In this document: piece after piece, positions 17,774-26,820 of the stretch
Numbering within the stretch: the stretch's first letter is position 1
How the letters are laid out: each line of letters opens with the position of its first letter
Source: a virus
Lineage: Duplodnaviria > Caudoviricetes
DNA length: 39,586 bases
Reading direction: 5' to 3' (one strand)
Virus record (IMG/VR): IMGVR_UViG_3300026518_000025
Location: 1 to 39,586 of that record
Made by a program: the position numbers and the translations under genes
Notes under the pieces: model-generated
Seen by the model: the letters and a program-made list of their open reading frames with translations, nothing else
What the model was told of the DNA's origin: nothing
The model's database searches: none

Positions 17774-17844
17774 TAGTTTGTTCTGATTGTAATATACCAA
17801 CAACAAGTGGTATTTGTGATGATTGTTTAGAAAGGAGAAGGTAA
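17770..17844 (+). CDS. 24-aa four-cysteine micro-peptide
   Basis: MIVCSDCNIPTTSGICDDCLERRR; AAGGA RBS, ATGA and TAATG overlaps on both sides. Confidence 0.5.
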   Translation: MIVCSDCNIPTTSGICDDCLERRR

Positions 17845-18185
17845 TGAGCATGTCAAACAAACAATGGGAATTCTTAAAAGACTTTGCTAGTTTAATTCTA
17901 TATGCTGAACGTTTAGGATATAAATTAACATCTGGTGAACTTTTAAGACCTGATCAAATACAAGAGATTTATTTAGCTGAAGGTAAAACACAAGTTAAAA
18001 GATCTCAACATCAAGACAAATTAGCTGGTGATATTAACCTATTTGTTGATGGTGAAATTCAATGGTCTAAAAATGAACATTGGGAAAAATTAGGTACTTA
18101 CTGGAAAAGTTTAAGTCCTAAAAATCGTTGGGGTGGGGATTTTAAAAGTTTAGAAGATCCATATCATTTTGAAAGGACTACATAA
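17844..18185 (+). CDS. Endolysin, M15-family zinc peptidase
   Basis: R...Q, SQHQDKLAGD (SxH-x6-D), RWGGDF, DPYHFE. Confidence 0.88.
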   Translation: MSMSNKQWEFLKDFASLILYAERLGYKLTSGELLRPDQIQEIYLAEGKTQVKRSQHQDKLAGDINLFVDGEIQWSKNEHWEKLGTYWKSLSPKNRWGGDFKSLEDPYHFERTT

Positions 18186-19525
18186 TGGCTAAGAAGAATA
18201 AGAAAAAATTCAATAAATCTAATGATGGTTTTGAGAATTTATTAACTGGTTTAGGTGGATCTAAAGACGCTCAAACATATATGAACTTTAAAAGAGGTAC
18301 ATTACTAAGTCAGAATCTTGAATTTGTATCATCATTATATTCTCAAAATTGGTTAGCTTCAGCTGTTGTTAATGTTCCTGTAAATGATATGACTCGTAAC
18401 TGGATTGATATTCTAGATGAATCTAAAGAGGAAGAAGTTCTTGAAAAAGAGATGGATCGTCTTAAAGTTCAGAGTAAATTTAACCAAGCTTTAAAATGGG
18501 CTTCAGCTTACGGTGGAGCTATTATTATAATGATGGTTGATGATGGTAGAGATATGTCTGAAGAACTTGTACCTGCTGCTATACGTAACAATGGTATAAA
18601 GAATCTTATCGTCTTAGATCGTTGGAGAATAACATCAGGACCAATAGATACTAACCTATTATCTCCGAATTTCGGTTTACCTGATCATTACCTTGTATCA
18701 AGAAACGGACAGCAAATACATCATTCTAGAGTACTTCGTTTTGATGGTGAGATTACTTCTATAGATGAGTTTGAAAGAAATGGTTATTGGGGTTATTCAA
18801 TTTATGAGAAGACTTGGCAACCTATAGCAAACAGTCAAGGTTTATCTTTAGAGATTGCTGGGATGACTAAAGAATCTAATATTGATGTTTATGGTATTGA
18901 GGGTCTTAATGAGATGGTTGCAATGGGTCCAGATGGCGAAGCTGCTGTTACTAAAAGACTTACAGTTGCTCATCAGCTTAAGAGTTATATCAACGGTATT
19001 GCATTAGATTCAAAAGATACTTATGAGAAAAAGTCTAACACATTTTCAGGACTTGCTGAACTTGATGATAAATTTTTATTGAAAGTTTCAGGAGCTTCTA
19101 GAATACCACCATCTAAATTATTAGGTAAACAAGAAGCAGGTTTAGGAGATACTGGACAAAGCTCATTAACAAATTATTATGATGATCTTTCCGGTCGTCA
19201 AGAGAATGAAGTTAGAGATCCATTACAAAGACTTCTTAATGTTATTTCAGCCGCTAAAACTGGTAAACCTGGAAATGTTGATTTTGAATTCGCACCACTT
19301 TGGCAAATGAGTCAAGAACAAGAAGCAAATATAAGTCGTACTAATGCTGATCGTGACGCTGTTTATCTTGATAGAGGTGTTATAACAGTTCAAACTGTTC
19401 AGAAGCAATTATCTTCAGATGATGTTTATTCTTCTATTGATGATGATATAAATGAAACAGATGATCTATTTGGTGGTACTATCGAAGAAGATGAGATCGA
19501 TACATTCCAGGATATGGAAGTTTAG
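18185..19525 (+). CDS. Portal protein (DUF1073 family)
   Basis: P..DMTRNW, YGGA, IHHSRVL, IPPSKLLG, NYYD, FAPLWQMS patterns; start of the head module. Confidence 0.88.
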   Translation: MAKKNKKKFNKSNDGFENLLTGLGGSKDAQTYMNFKRGTLLSQNLEFVSSLYSQNWLASAVVNVPVNDMTRNWIDILDESKEEEVLEKEMDRLKVQSKFNQALKWASAYGGAIIIMMVDDGRDMSEELVPAAIRNNGIKNLIVLDRWRITSGPIDTNLLSPNFGLPDHYLVSRNGQQIHHSRVLRFDGEITSIDEFERNGYWGYSIYEKTWQPIANSQGLSLEIAGMTKESNIDVYGIEGLNEMVAMGPDGEAAVTKRLTVAHQLKSYINGIALDSKDTYEKKSNTFSGLAELDDKFLLKVSGASRIPPSKLLGKQEAGLGDTGQSSLTNYYDDLSGRQENEVRDPLQRLLNVISAAKTGKPGNVDFEFAPLWQMSQEQEANISRTNADRDAVYLDRGVITVQTVQKQLSSDDVYSSIDDDINETDDLFGGTIEEDEIDTFQDMEV

Positions 19526-20356
19526 ATGAAAGTAGATATTGCTGAAATAGCTAAACAGAACGGTAAAAAAGGTGTTAAAGAAATATCTATAAAACCAATC
19601 CCAAAAATAGAAGCTGTACAGTACTTCAAAGAACTTAATAAACTATCTAAAGCTATGAGAAAAGATATTAAAGATGAGCTAATTCCGTTATTAAAATCTT
19701 TAGAAAAATCGTATGCTACTGATGGATATGCTGATCAAATATCTCAAGCGATTAGAAGATTAACTTTGAAGTATCAAAACTTAACTGATATATTTGGTAA
19801 AACTATTGCTGAAAAAATGGTTAAAAGCGTATCAACAAAGAATGAGAAAAACTTTAACAGTTTAATTAAAAAATCTGTTGGGGTAGATCTTACTTCTATT
19901 TTAGTTGATGAAGGTTTAAACGATTTTTTAGAAGCCCAAACTATAAAGAATGTTTCATTAATTAAAAGTATTCCCGATGAGTATTTTAAATCTATAGAAA
20001 CAACTGTTATGAATGGTACAGCTAATGGATTACGTTGGGAAAGTATAGCACGTGAGATTGGTGGTATTAAAGACATATCATCAGTTAATGGTAAACTTCA
20101 AAATCGTATAAAGCTTATTGCGCGTAATGAAACTTCTAACCTCAACGCTTCTATTAATAAGAAGAGACAAGAGAACTTAGGAATTACTCAATTTAGATGG
20201 GAAACTTCTGAAGATGAAAGAGTTCGATCATCTCATGCTAAATTAGATGGTAAAGTTTTTGATTGGGATGATCTACCTACTGTTGATGGTGTTAAAACAT
20301 CTCCAGGTAGACCAATTAATTGCCGTTGTGTAGCTGTTCCAATTATAAATGTTTAA
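19526..20356 (+). CDS. Minor head protein (SPP1 gp7 / Mu F-like)
   Basis: LIARNET, WETSEDERVRSSH, PGRPINCRC. Confidence 0.92.
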   Translation: MKVDIAEIAKQNGKKGVKEISIKPIPKIEAVQYFKELNKLSKAMRKDIKDELIPLLKSLEKSYATDGYADQISQAIRRLTLKYQNLTDIFGKTIAEKMVKSVSTKNEKNFNSLIKKSVGVDLTSILVDEGLNDFLEAQTIKNVSLIKSIPDEYFKSIETTVMNGTANGLRWESIAREIGGIKDISSVNGKLQNRIKLIARNETSNLNASINKKRQENLGITQFRWETSEDERVRSSHAKLDGKVFDWDDLPTVDGVKTSPGRPINCRCVAVPIINV

Positions 20357-20539
20357 GCTTTTTTCAATTGATGTGTTGCTTTTTCTATAGCAGCTTCTTC
20401 ACATTTTTTTTAAGTTATATCCTGAAAAACCTCCAGAACAAAAACGATTATAGTTAGAGTCATATCCAATATAACTAACTCTTTTATCAGTTATTATTAA
20501 TTCGATCGAACATCCATTATCTAAAGTTAATTTTTTCAT
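20353..20539 (-). pseudogene. Antisense moron: 46-aa ORF (20399..20539) that extends to 61 aa if an A8 tract were A7
   Basis: AAGGA RBS and class E promoter; the frame breaks at the T8 run 20404-20411. Confidence 0.5.
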
Positions 20540-20570
20540 TTTAAATCCTTTATGTCTCTTTATATAATAT

Positions 20571-20602
20571 ATTATACAATACTAATGTTTAAAGTTTTAT
20601 TA
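20571..20602 (-). promoter_or_regulatory. Class E promoter for the moron
   Basis: TAATAAAACTTTAAACATTAGTATTGTATAAT on the minus strand. Confidence 0.72.
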
Positions 20603-20618
20603 AAGATTGTTCAAATAT

Positions 20619-20633
20619 AAAATATGTTATAAT
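20619..20633 (+). promoter_or_regulatory. Class L-like extended -10 promoter
   Basis: AAAATATGTTATAAT about 22 nt upstream of the protease ATG. Confidence 0.65.
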
Positions 20634-20655
20634 ACTATAAATAAAAAGGATTAAC

Positions 20656-21792
20656 ATGCCAAAGAAACTTATTGCTAATGATAATGTAAACTTGCTATCT
20701 AATAAAATAGATCCTCACACAGGATTCTTACATGTAAACGTAACCCTATGTCGTTCAGGTATTCAAGAATATGTTGGACGTGAGTTAGGATTAACTGGAA
20801 CAGATAGTGGTAAATTCTTTAATGTATTACGCCCACCTGATGAAGTTGTTAAAAAAGATACTTATAAAAATTTAGTTGTTACCGACGAACATCCTGATGA
20901 AAGATGGGTTGATTTAGAGAACGTTAAATTTTTACAGCGTGGACAAGTATCTAATGTAGTTGAAGCTTCTAAAGATAATGAAGTAGTTCTAAATGGCGAT
21001 ATGGTTATAACAGATCAAGGACTTATTGAGAAAGTTCAAAATGGAAAAGTAGAAGTTTCATTAGGTTATGCTTTTAAATTAGTTGCGGAAGATGGTGAAT
21101 ATAAAGGTCAATCTTATCAGTTTAAATATATCGATATGATTGCAAATCATCTTAGTGTAGTTTCTAAAGGTCGTTGTGGTGAAACATGTAGTATCCAAAA
21201 TGATGAAAAACATGATATAATTGTCGATGTAAAAACAAAACAACAAGGAGCTACTGTGAAAATTAAGATTAACGGTAAAGAATTTGATGTTTCTGATGAG
21301 GTTGGAGCGGCTATAATGGCTGAACGAAAATCTTCAACTGATGAGATGGATCAAATTAAAAAAGATGGTGAAGAGTCTACAAAATCTAACGACGCTTTAC
21401 AAGCAAAAGTGGATACTTTAGAAGGTAAACTTACTAAAGCAAATGATTCTAAAATGAGTGAATCTAATTTGAACAAGATGGTAGCAGAAAGAGCTAACCT
21501 TGTTGCGTTTGCTACAAGTGTAATTGGTAACGATTCAATGCCACAATCAACTTGTCCAATGGCTATTAAAACTGCTGTTGTAGAAAAACATTTTAATATC
21601 TCAGTTGATGGTAAATCAGAAGCTTATATTGAAGCACGTTTTGACATGGTTCAAGAAGATCAAGTTGCTGCTGACGCTTCAGTTCAAAAATTAGCTGATG
21701 ATATGAAAAAAGCGAAGCTTGAGAAAGCTACTGACAACGATACGATTGCTACTGACGCACGTAACACTTATATGAAAAAGAAAGGACTATAA
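20656..21792 (+). CDS. Prohead protease-scaffold (DUF2213 family)
   Basis: RSGIQEY, VTDEHP, EVSLGY, NHLSVV..GRCG; coiled-coil C-terminal half. Confidence 0.9.
   Translation: MPKKLIANDNVNLLSNKIDPHTGFLHVNVTLCRSGIQEYVGRELGLTGTDSGKFFNVLRPPDEVVKKDTYKNLVVTDEHPDERWVDLENVKFLQRGQVSNVVEASKDNEVVLNGDMVITDQGLIEKVQNGKVEVSLGYAFKLVAEDGEYKGQSYQFKYIDMIANHLSVVSKGRCGETCSIQNDEKHDIIVDVKTKQQGATVKIKINGKEFDVSDEVGAAIMAERKSSTDEMDQIKKDGEESTKSNDALQAKVDTLEGKLTKANDSKMSESNLNKMVAERANLVAFATSVIGNDSMPQSTCPMAIKTAVVEKHFNISVDGKSEAYIEARFDMVQEDQVAADASVQKLADDMKKAKLEKATDNDTIATDARNTYMKKKGL
21206..21221 (+). promoter_or_regulatory. Internal class L promoter within the protease gene
   Basis: AAAAACATGATATAAT, same core as the intergenic late promoters. 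Confidence 0.7.
21256..21792 (+). CDS. Nested in-frame scaffolding protein, 178 aa
   Basis: AAGGAG (21245-21250) 5 nt before an in-frame GTG (codon 201), downstream of the internal promoter. Confidence 0.7.
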   Translation: MKIKINGKEFDVSDEVGAAIMAERKSSTDEMDQIKKDGEESTKSNDALQAKVDTLEGKLTKANDSKMSESNLNKMVAERANLVAFATSVIGNDSMPQSTCPMAIKTAVVEKHFNISVDGKSEAYIEARFDMVQEDQVAADASVQKLADDMKKAKLEKATDNDTIATDARNTYMKKKGL

Positions 21793-21794
21793 TT

Positions 21795-22265
21795 ATGGCT
21801 GTACAAACTGCTTATGATTTTAAACACAAAGAAGGTTTTGTTGGTCAATTTGCTGATCTTCAATTAACAAATGTTATTTCTAGAACTGTTGAAGGTACTG
21901 AAATTGATTTCGGTCTTGCTGTTGTTCGTGGAACTACTGATACTGAATGTATTTTAGCTACTGCTACAGGTGGAAGTTTCTTAGGTCTTACTGCTCGTAC
22001 AATTGCAGGAACTGCTGATACTGCAGGTGATCGTAAATATCAGATCGATGAATCTGCAAACATTATTGATGAGGGTGTTGTTTACGCTATTTGTGAAGAT
22101 GGTTGTACTCAAGGTGATCCTGTATCATTTCGTTATGTTGCTGGAGCTGGTCAATTAGGTGGATTACTTTCTACTCCTGTTGCTTCTGAAACTGATGTTG
22201 TTCCTAACGCTGTTTGGGATACTACTACTGCTGCTGGCCAAATCGGTCGAGTTAAACTTAAATAA
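21795..22265 (+). CDS. Head decoration / cement protein
   Basis: Between scaffold and major capsid genes; IDFGLAVVRG pattern, G/A/T-rich. Confidence 0.75.
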   Translation: MAVQTAYDFKHKEGFVGQFADLQLTNVISRTVEGTEIDFGLAVVRGTTDTECILATATGGSFLGLTARTIAGTADTAGDRKYQIDESANIIDEGVVYAICEDGCTQGDPVSFRYVAGAGQLGGLLSTPVASETDVVPNAVWDTTTAAGQIGRVKLK

Positions 22266-22275
22266 GGAGTCTTAA

Positions 22276-23229
22276 ATGGCTAAAATTTCTGCATTACCAG
22301 AAGGTATTAAAATTACAAATGACGCAGACGCTGGGTTAGGGTTCGTAGAATCAACTCTAACACATGTTGAAGCTAAAGTATATGAGACTGAATATCGTGA
22401 TATTGTTTATCAAGATATTGTTCCTGTATCAAACGAAGCAGGCGAAGGTGCTACATCAGTAACTTACTATTCAATTGATGGTGCTACAATGGGTAAATTC
22501 ATTGGATCAAATGCTATTGATGTTCCACTTTCAGATATTTCTACTAAGCAAACTATTGTTCCTGTTGAACTAGGTGCTGTTGGTTATAAATATTCTGATG
22601 AAGAACTTCGTCAAGCTGCAATGCTTAACCGTCCTTTACCACAAACTAAAGCAAATCTTACAATGCGTGGATTTGAAGAGCATGCTCAATCTGTATGTTT
22701 TACAGGTGATACTGTTAAAGGTCTTGAAGGTTTACTAAACAATTCAAATGTTCCTGCTTCAACTGTTGTTAACCCTGGTTCAGGTACTGATTGGGCAAAC
22801 AAAACACCTGCACAGATCTTAGCTGATGTTAACAGTTTATTTGGTCAAGTTTTTGAAACAACTAAGCAAGTTGAAAAACCTGATACATTATTATTACCAA
22901 CTGCACAGTATTCATATATTGCGAATACTCCACGTTCAGATAATAGTGATACAACAATCCTTATGTATCTTGTTCAAAACAGTATTTACATTAATTCAGT
23001 TGCGGATATTGTTCCACTTCCAGAATTAGTTGGAGCTGGTGCAGCTGCTACGGATCGTATGATGGTATATACTAAAAACATCGATAAAGTTGTTTTCCAT
23101 ATCCCTATGCCATTCCGTATTGAGCAACCTGTTCGTAAGACATTAGGTTGGGAAGTTCCTGCAGTTTATAAACTATCAGGTGTTGAATTCCGTTACCCAT
23201 TATCAGCTGCTTATGCAGATGGTATCTAA
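22276..23229 (+). CDS. Major capsid protein (DUF2184 family)
   Basis: 317 aa; GYKYS.EEL..A, GLLN, PDTLLLP, GVEFRYP; strong RBS. Confidence 0.92.
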   Translation: MAKISALPEGIKITNDADAGLGFVESTLTHVEAKVYETEYRDIVYQDIVPVSNEAGEGATSVTYYSIDGATMGKFIGSNAIDVPLSDISTKQTIVPVELGAVGYKYSDEELRQAAMLNRPLPQTKANLTMRGFEEHAQSVCFTGDTVKGLEGLLNNSNVPASTVVNPGSGTDWANKTPAQILADVNSLFGQVFETTKQVEKPDTLLLPTAQYSYIANTPRSDNSDTTILMYLVQNSIYINSVADIVPLPELVGAGAAATDRMMVYTKNIDKVVFHIPMPFRIEQPVRKTLGWEVPAVYKLSGVEFRYPLSAAYADGI

Positions 23230-23250
23230 TCAAAATTAAAAAGGACGAAA

Positions 23251-23553
23251 ATGAAAATTATTAACAAATCAGCTAGATTAATTTGTTTCCAAACAAAAGA
23301 AGGACGTGTAGACGTTCTTCCAGGTGTTGTTACTGACGACAAAAGACTTGATAAACTAAATGGTAAAGATAAGATCTTTGATCACTATCTTGAAGAAGGT
23401 ATTATCAAGGAAGTTAAATCTGGTAAAAAAGATACAGCTTCTAAGAAAGACTTACTTGTTGCTGAAGCAATTGAACTTGGTATCGAAGGTGCTCAAGATT
23501 TAAGTGTTAAGAAACTTGAAATTGCTATTTTTGAAGCAAAAGAAGGTAACTAG
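23251..23553 (+). CDS. Hypothetical protein following the capsid gene
   Basis: 100 aa, RBS AAGGA; short C-terminal helical module. Confidence 0.75.
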   Translation: MKIINKSARLICFQTKEGRVDVLPGVVTDDKRLDKLNGKDKIFDHYLEEGIIKEVKSGKKDTASKKDLLVAEAIELGIEGAQDLSVKKLEIAIFEAKEGN

Positions 23554-23567
23554 GGTTTTCCCTGGTT
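23549..23567 (+). terminator. Short hairpin after the capsid block
   Basis: ACTAGGG-TTTT-CCCTGGT with one G-U pair, weak U-tract. Confidence 0.35.
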
Positions 23568-23589
23568 ATCACTTAATAAGGATATTAAA

Positions 23590-23961
23590 ATGGCATTAAA
23601 TTGTGGACCAACAGAATTCAAAGCACGTTTTCCAGAATTCAGTACCATTGACGATACACGTATCCAAATCTTCATAGATGATTCAACATTAGTTCTAAAT
23701 GAAACTACCTGGGGATCAATTTACTCTTTAGCTGTATGTTATTTAACAGCTCATTATTTATCATTATCAGAACAATCTTCAAATGGTTCAGGCGGTGGAT
23801 CTGTTGGTAATGTTGCTTCTCAAGCTGTTGATGGAACTTCTATAAGTTTCAATAATCCTACAATGGATAGCGCTTCAATGGCATTTTATAATTCTACATC
23901 GTACGGACAAAGATTTTATTCCCTTATCAGATCATTAGGGGTTATGGCTTTTTCAGTATGA
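23590..23961 (+). CDS. Head-tail adaptor (DUF4054 family)
   Basis: FKARFPEF, YLTAHYL, STSYGQRF. Confidence 0.85.
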   Translation: MALNCGPTEFKARFPEFSTIDDTRIQIFIDDSTLVLNETTWGSIYSLAVCYLTAHYLSLSEQSSNGSGGGSVGNVASQAVDGTSISFNNPTMDSASMAFYNSTSYGQRFYSLIRSLGVMAFSV

Positions 23962-24410
23962 AAGTCACAGTAAATTCTACCAATGGTAATGGTATTAAAA
24001 AACTATTTAAACGATTATCTAATGAAGGTAGTGTTGACGTTGGTATTCTTACAGGAGAGGGTCAACATAAAGATAGTGATTTAACTGTTGCTGAAATAGG
24101 TTTTTACCATGAATTTGGTACAGTTAAAACACCTGAACGTAGTTTTATAAGATCAACTATTAACGGTGAATCTAAGGCTATTAAGAAGGTTGCTAGAGCT
24201 CAATATAAACTTGTGTTAGATGGTAAATCAACTAATACAAAAGGTTTAGGGATTTTAGGAGCTTTCACAGCTGGTTTAATTCAGCAAAAATTTACAAGTA
24301 ATGATTGGAAACCTAACAGCGAAAAAACTATTGAAGATAAAGGAAGTTCAAGACCCCTTATTGACACAGGTCAACTTCGTCAATCTATCTCATTTAAGGT
24401 AAACTCATGA
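23958..24410 (+). CDS. Neck / tail completion protein
   Basis: HEFGT, PERSFIR, PLIDTGQLRQSI. Confidence 0.8.
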   Translation: MKVTVNSTNGNGIKKLFKRLSNEGSVDVGILTGEGQHKDSDLTVAEIGFYHEFGTVKTPERSFIRSTINGESKAIKKVARAQYKLVLDGKSTNTKGLGILGAFTAGLIQQKFTSNDWKPNSEKTIEDKGSSRPLIDTGQLRQSISFKVNS

Positions 24411-24766
24411 TTAATGATGTAAGTGGCGCTTTACTAAGATGGCAAGAACCTTTAGACATTATAAGAAAAGCAGTTGGTGGATCTTATATCAATGGTGAAT
24501 GGGTTGATGGTGCTGATACAATAGTTCCTATATTTGCAGTTATCCAAAATGCTAATCCTGATGATTTAATTCTTTTACCTGAAGGTACTCGTACAACTGA
24601 AGCAGTAAAGATTCATACAATATCAACAATTAAAACAGTTTCTGAAGCTGGTGAAAGTAATGCAGATACATTTGATTATAACGGATCACGCTATCGTGTG
24701 TATGATGTGTTTACTCGTAAGATAGGTAATTATGTTAAAGCAATTGCAATAAGGATTACAACATGA
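24407..24766 (+). CDS. Head closure / neck protein
   Basis: G.YINGEWV, LPEG.R, AD.F.YNG.RY pattern and synteny. Confidence 0.7.
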   Translation: MINDVSGALLRWQEPLDIIRKAVGGSYINGEWVDGADTIVPIFAVIQNANPDDLILLPEGTRTTEAVKIHTISTIKTVSEAGESNADTFDYNGSRYRVYDVFTRKIGNYVKAIAIRITT

Positions 24767-25272
24767 CGTATGATGATCTAAGAAGCAATATAAGAGTATG
24801 GATTGAGAATACTTTAGGGTTAACTGTGATTTATAGTCATGGTAAAGGTCCCAGACCTAAAGATCAATATGTTGTTATGAACATTTTAGCAATTGAAAAA
24901 CTTTTAGAAGATGTTAGAATTGAAACACGTTTAGGTGGTGGAGAAATTCAAGCCGATTATAAAGGTGTTAGAAAAGTTACAATCTCTATTAATATTTATA
25001 GAGATAATACGAATGAACAAATGATAAAACTTAGAAGTTCTTTATCTAAGATATTGACGCAAGATTATTTCAATGGTTTAGATATTGGAATAATTGAGCC
25101 AAACCAAATTAATTATGTTCCAGAGCAAATTGGAAAGTCGTGGGAAGATCGATCACAATGTGATTTTTTATTCCATTATGTACCCGATATTGATAATGAT
25201 CCAGACATTAGTGAGATTAAGAAAATTGAAGTTACTAATGAAATTTCTGGTGATACAATCAATGTACAGTGA
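24763..25272 (+). CDS. Tail terminator / neck protein
   Basis: Position immediately before the sheath gene; PRP...Y and WEDR..D patterns. Confidence 0.65.
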   Translation: MTYDDLRSNIRVWIENTLGLTVIYSHGKGPRPKDQYVVMNILAIEKLLEDVRIETRLGGGEIQADYKGVRKVTISINIYRDNTNEQMIKLRSSLSKILTQDYFNGLDIGIIEPNQINYVPEQIGKSWEDRSQCDFLFHYVPDIDNDPDISEIKKIEVTNEISGDTINVQ

Positions 25273-25286
25273 AACATGATATAATT
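25272..25286 (+). promoter_or_regulatory. Class L promoter for sheath/tube
   Basis: AAACATGATATAATT. Confidence 0.75.
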
Positions 25287-25310
25287 ATCAAATCAAAATA
25301 GGAGTTTACA

Positions 25311-26810
25311 ATGGCAGAAAAAAGAGCTATCAAACGTTTTGTTGACGTTGAGATAAAAAAAGATACGCCAAGTGTTAGTGCAGCTTCGTTCGGAATACCG
25401 ATTTTAATCAGTAAAAACCCAGCGATTACAACAGCACAGCGAGTAAAAAGATTTACAACTTTAGCAGGTGTTGAAACATTATTTGATAAAACAACTGAAG
25501 AATGGAAAGCTGCTGACGCTTATTTTTCACAAGATCCATTTAATGAAAAACAACCTGAAGAATTACTCATCGGTCGTTATGTCATTTCTGATTCGTCTGC
25601 TGTTTTAGAAGCGGGTGAATTTGCTGAAACAGATATTGAAGTATGGAAACTTGTTACAGATGGTGAATTTGGTGTAACAATTGATGGTACATTAGTTGAT
25701 GTAACTGGTTTAGATTTTTCAGCAATTACAAGTCTTGATGATGTAGCAAGTGTTATTTCAGCAGGTACAGCAGGTGCAACTGTTAAATATGTTGTCAATC
25801 GTTTTGTGTTTACAAGTGATACAACAGGTGTGACTTCAACTATAACGTTACTTCAAACTGTTGCAACACCAAGTGGAACAGATATTTCTGGAACAGTTTT
25901 AACAGGTTCCAAGTACCTTAATGGTGAAACATTAACAACACCTTCTAATGTAGGTCAATCATTGTTATCACAAGGTCAAGCTGCTGAAACAGCTGCTGAT
26001 ATGTTGACGGCTATTAAAAATGCAAACAGCTCATGGTATGCTTTAGGATTAGTTAATTCATTACGTGATGATCAATTCACGGAAGATCTTGCTGACGCTT
26101 TAGAATCTAATCGCAATATTATGATTACAGTTACAAATGATCCAAATACTTTAGTTCTTGGTTCAAGTGCTTCATTGGCAGCTAAACTTAAAGCTAAAAA
26201 TTATAAACGAACTTCCCTTGTTTATCATGATAATGCTGATGTTTATCCTGATTGGTCTTGGATGGGTCAACAACTTCCTAAAGATGTTGGATCAACTAAT
26301 TGGTCTTATAAAACTTTAGCAGGTATTGCTCAAGGTGCTTCACAAGAGATTCAACCATCTAGTATTACTCAAACTCAAATTGACGCTGCTGAAGATGTTA
26401 ATGTTAATGTTTACACTACAACATTAGGTGCAAACTTTATTTACTTTGGTACTATGACAGGTGGTAAGAATATTGATAAAGAAGGTGAGTATTTAGACAT
26501 CATCATCAATATTGATTTCTTACAAGCACGTGTTGAAGAAGGTCTGATGAGTCTTTTACTTGAAAAAGATATTATTCCTTTTACTGATGGTGGAATTACT
26601 ATTGTTGACACTCGTTTGAAAACACTACTTCAAACATTTGGAGTCAATCAAGGTATTCTAGTAGATCAAACAGTTGTTACATTCTTCCCTAAACGTGCTG
26701 ATGTAAGTCAAGCTGATAGAGATGATCGTAAATTACCAGGTGGAACTTTTACTGCTGAACTTACAGGTGGTATTAATCAAATTATTGTACGTGGTACAGT
26801 ATCAATTTAA
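25311..26810 (+). CDS. Tail sheath protein (DUF3383 family)
   Basis: 499 aa; A..YFSQ, GSTNWSYKTLAG, IPFTDGG; precedes the tube gene. Confidence 0.88.
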   Translation: MAEKRAIKRFVDVEIKKDTPSVSAASFGIPILISKNPAITTAQRVKRFTTLAGVETLFDKTTEEWKAADAYFSQDPFNEKQPEELLIGRYVISDSSAVLEAGEFAETDIEVWKLVTDGEFGVTIDGTLVDVTGLDFSAITSLDDVASVISAGTAGATVKYVVNRFVFTSDTTGVTSTITLLQTVATPSGTDISGTVLTGSKYLNGETLTTPSNVGQSLLSQGQAAETAADMLTAIKNANSSWYALGLVNSLRDDQFTEDLADALESNRNIMITVTNDPNTLVLGSSASLAAKLKAKNYKRTSLVYHDNADVYPDWSWMGQQLPKDVGSTNWSYKTLAGIAQGASQEIQPSSITQTQIDAAEDVNVNVYTTTLGANFIYFGTMTGGKNIDKEGEYLDIIINIDFLQARVEEGLMSLLLEKDIIPFTDGGITIVDTRLKTLLQTFGVNQGILVDQTVVTFFPKRADVSQADRDDRKLPGGTFTAELTGGINQIIVRGTVSI

Positions 26811-26820
26811 GGAGCTATAA

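Noticed and set aside
18185-19525. Anti-CBASS Acb1 label sometimes attached to DUF1073 proteins
   Set aside because: Size, motifs and position before the minor head and protease genes indicate a portal protein.
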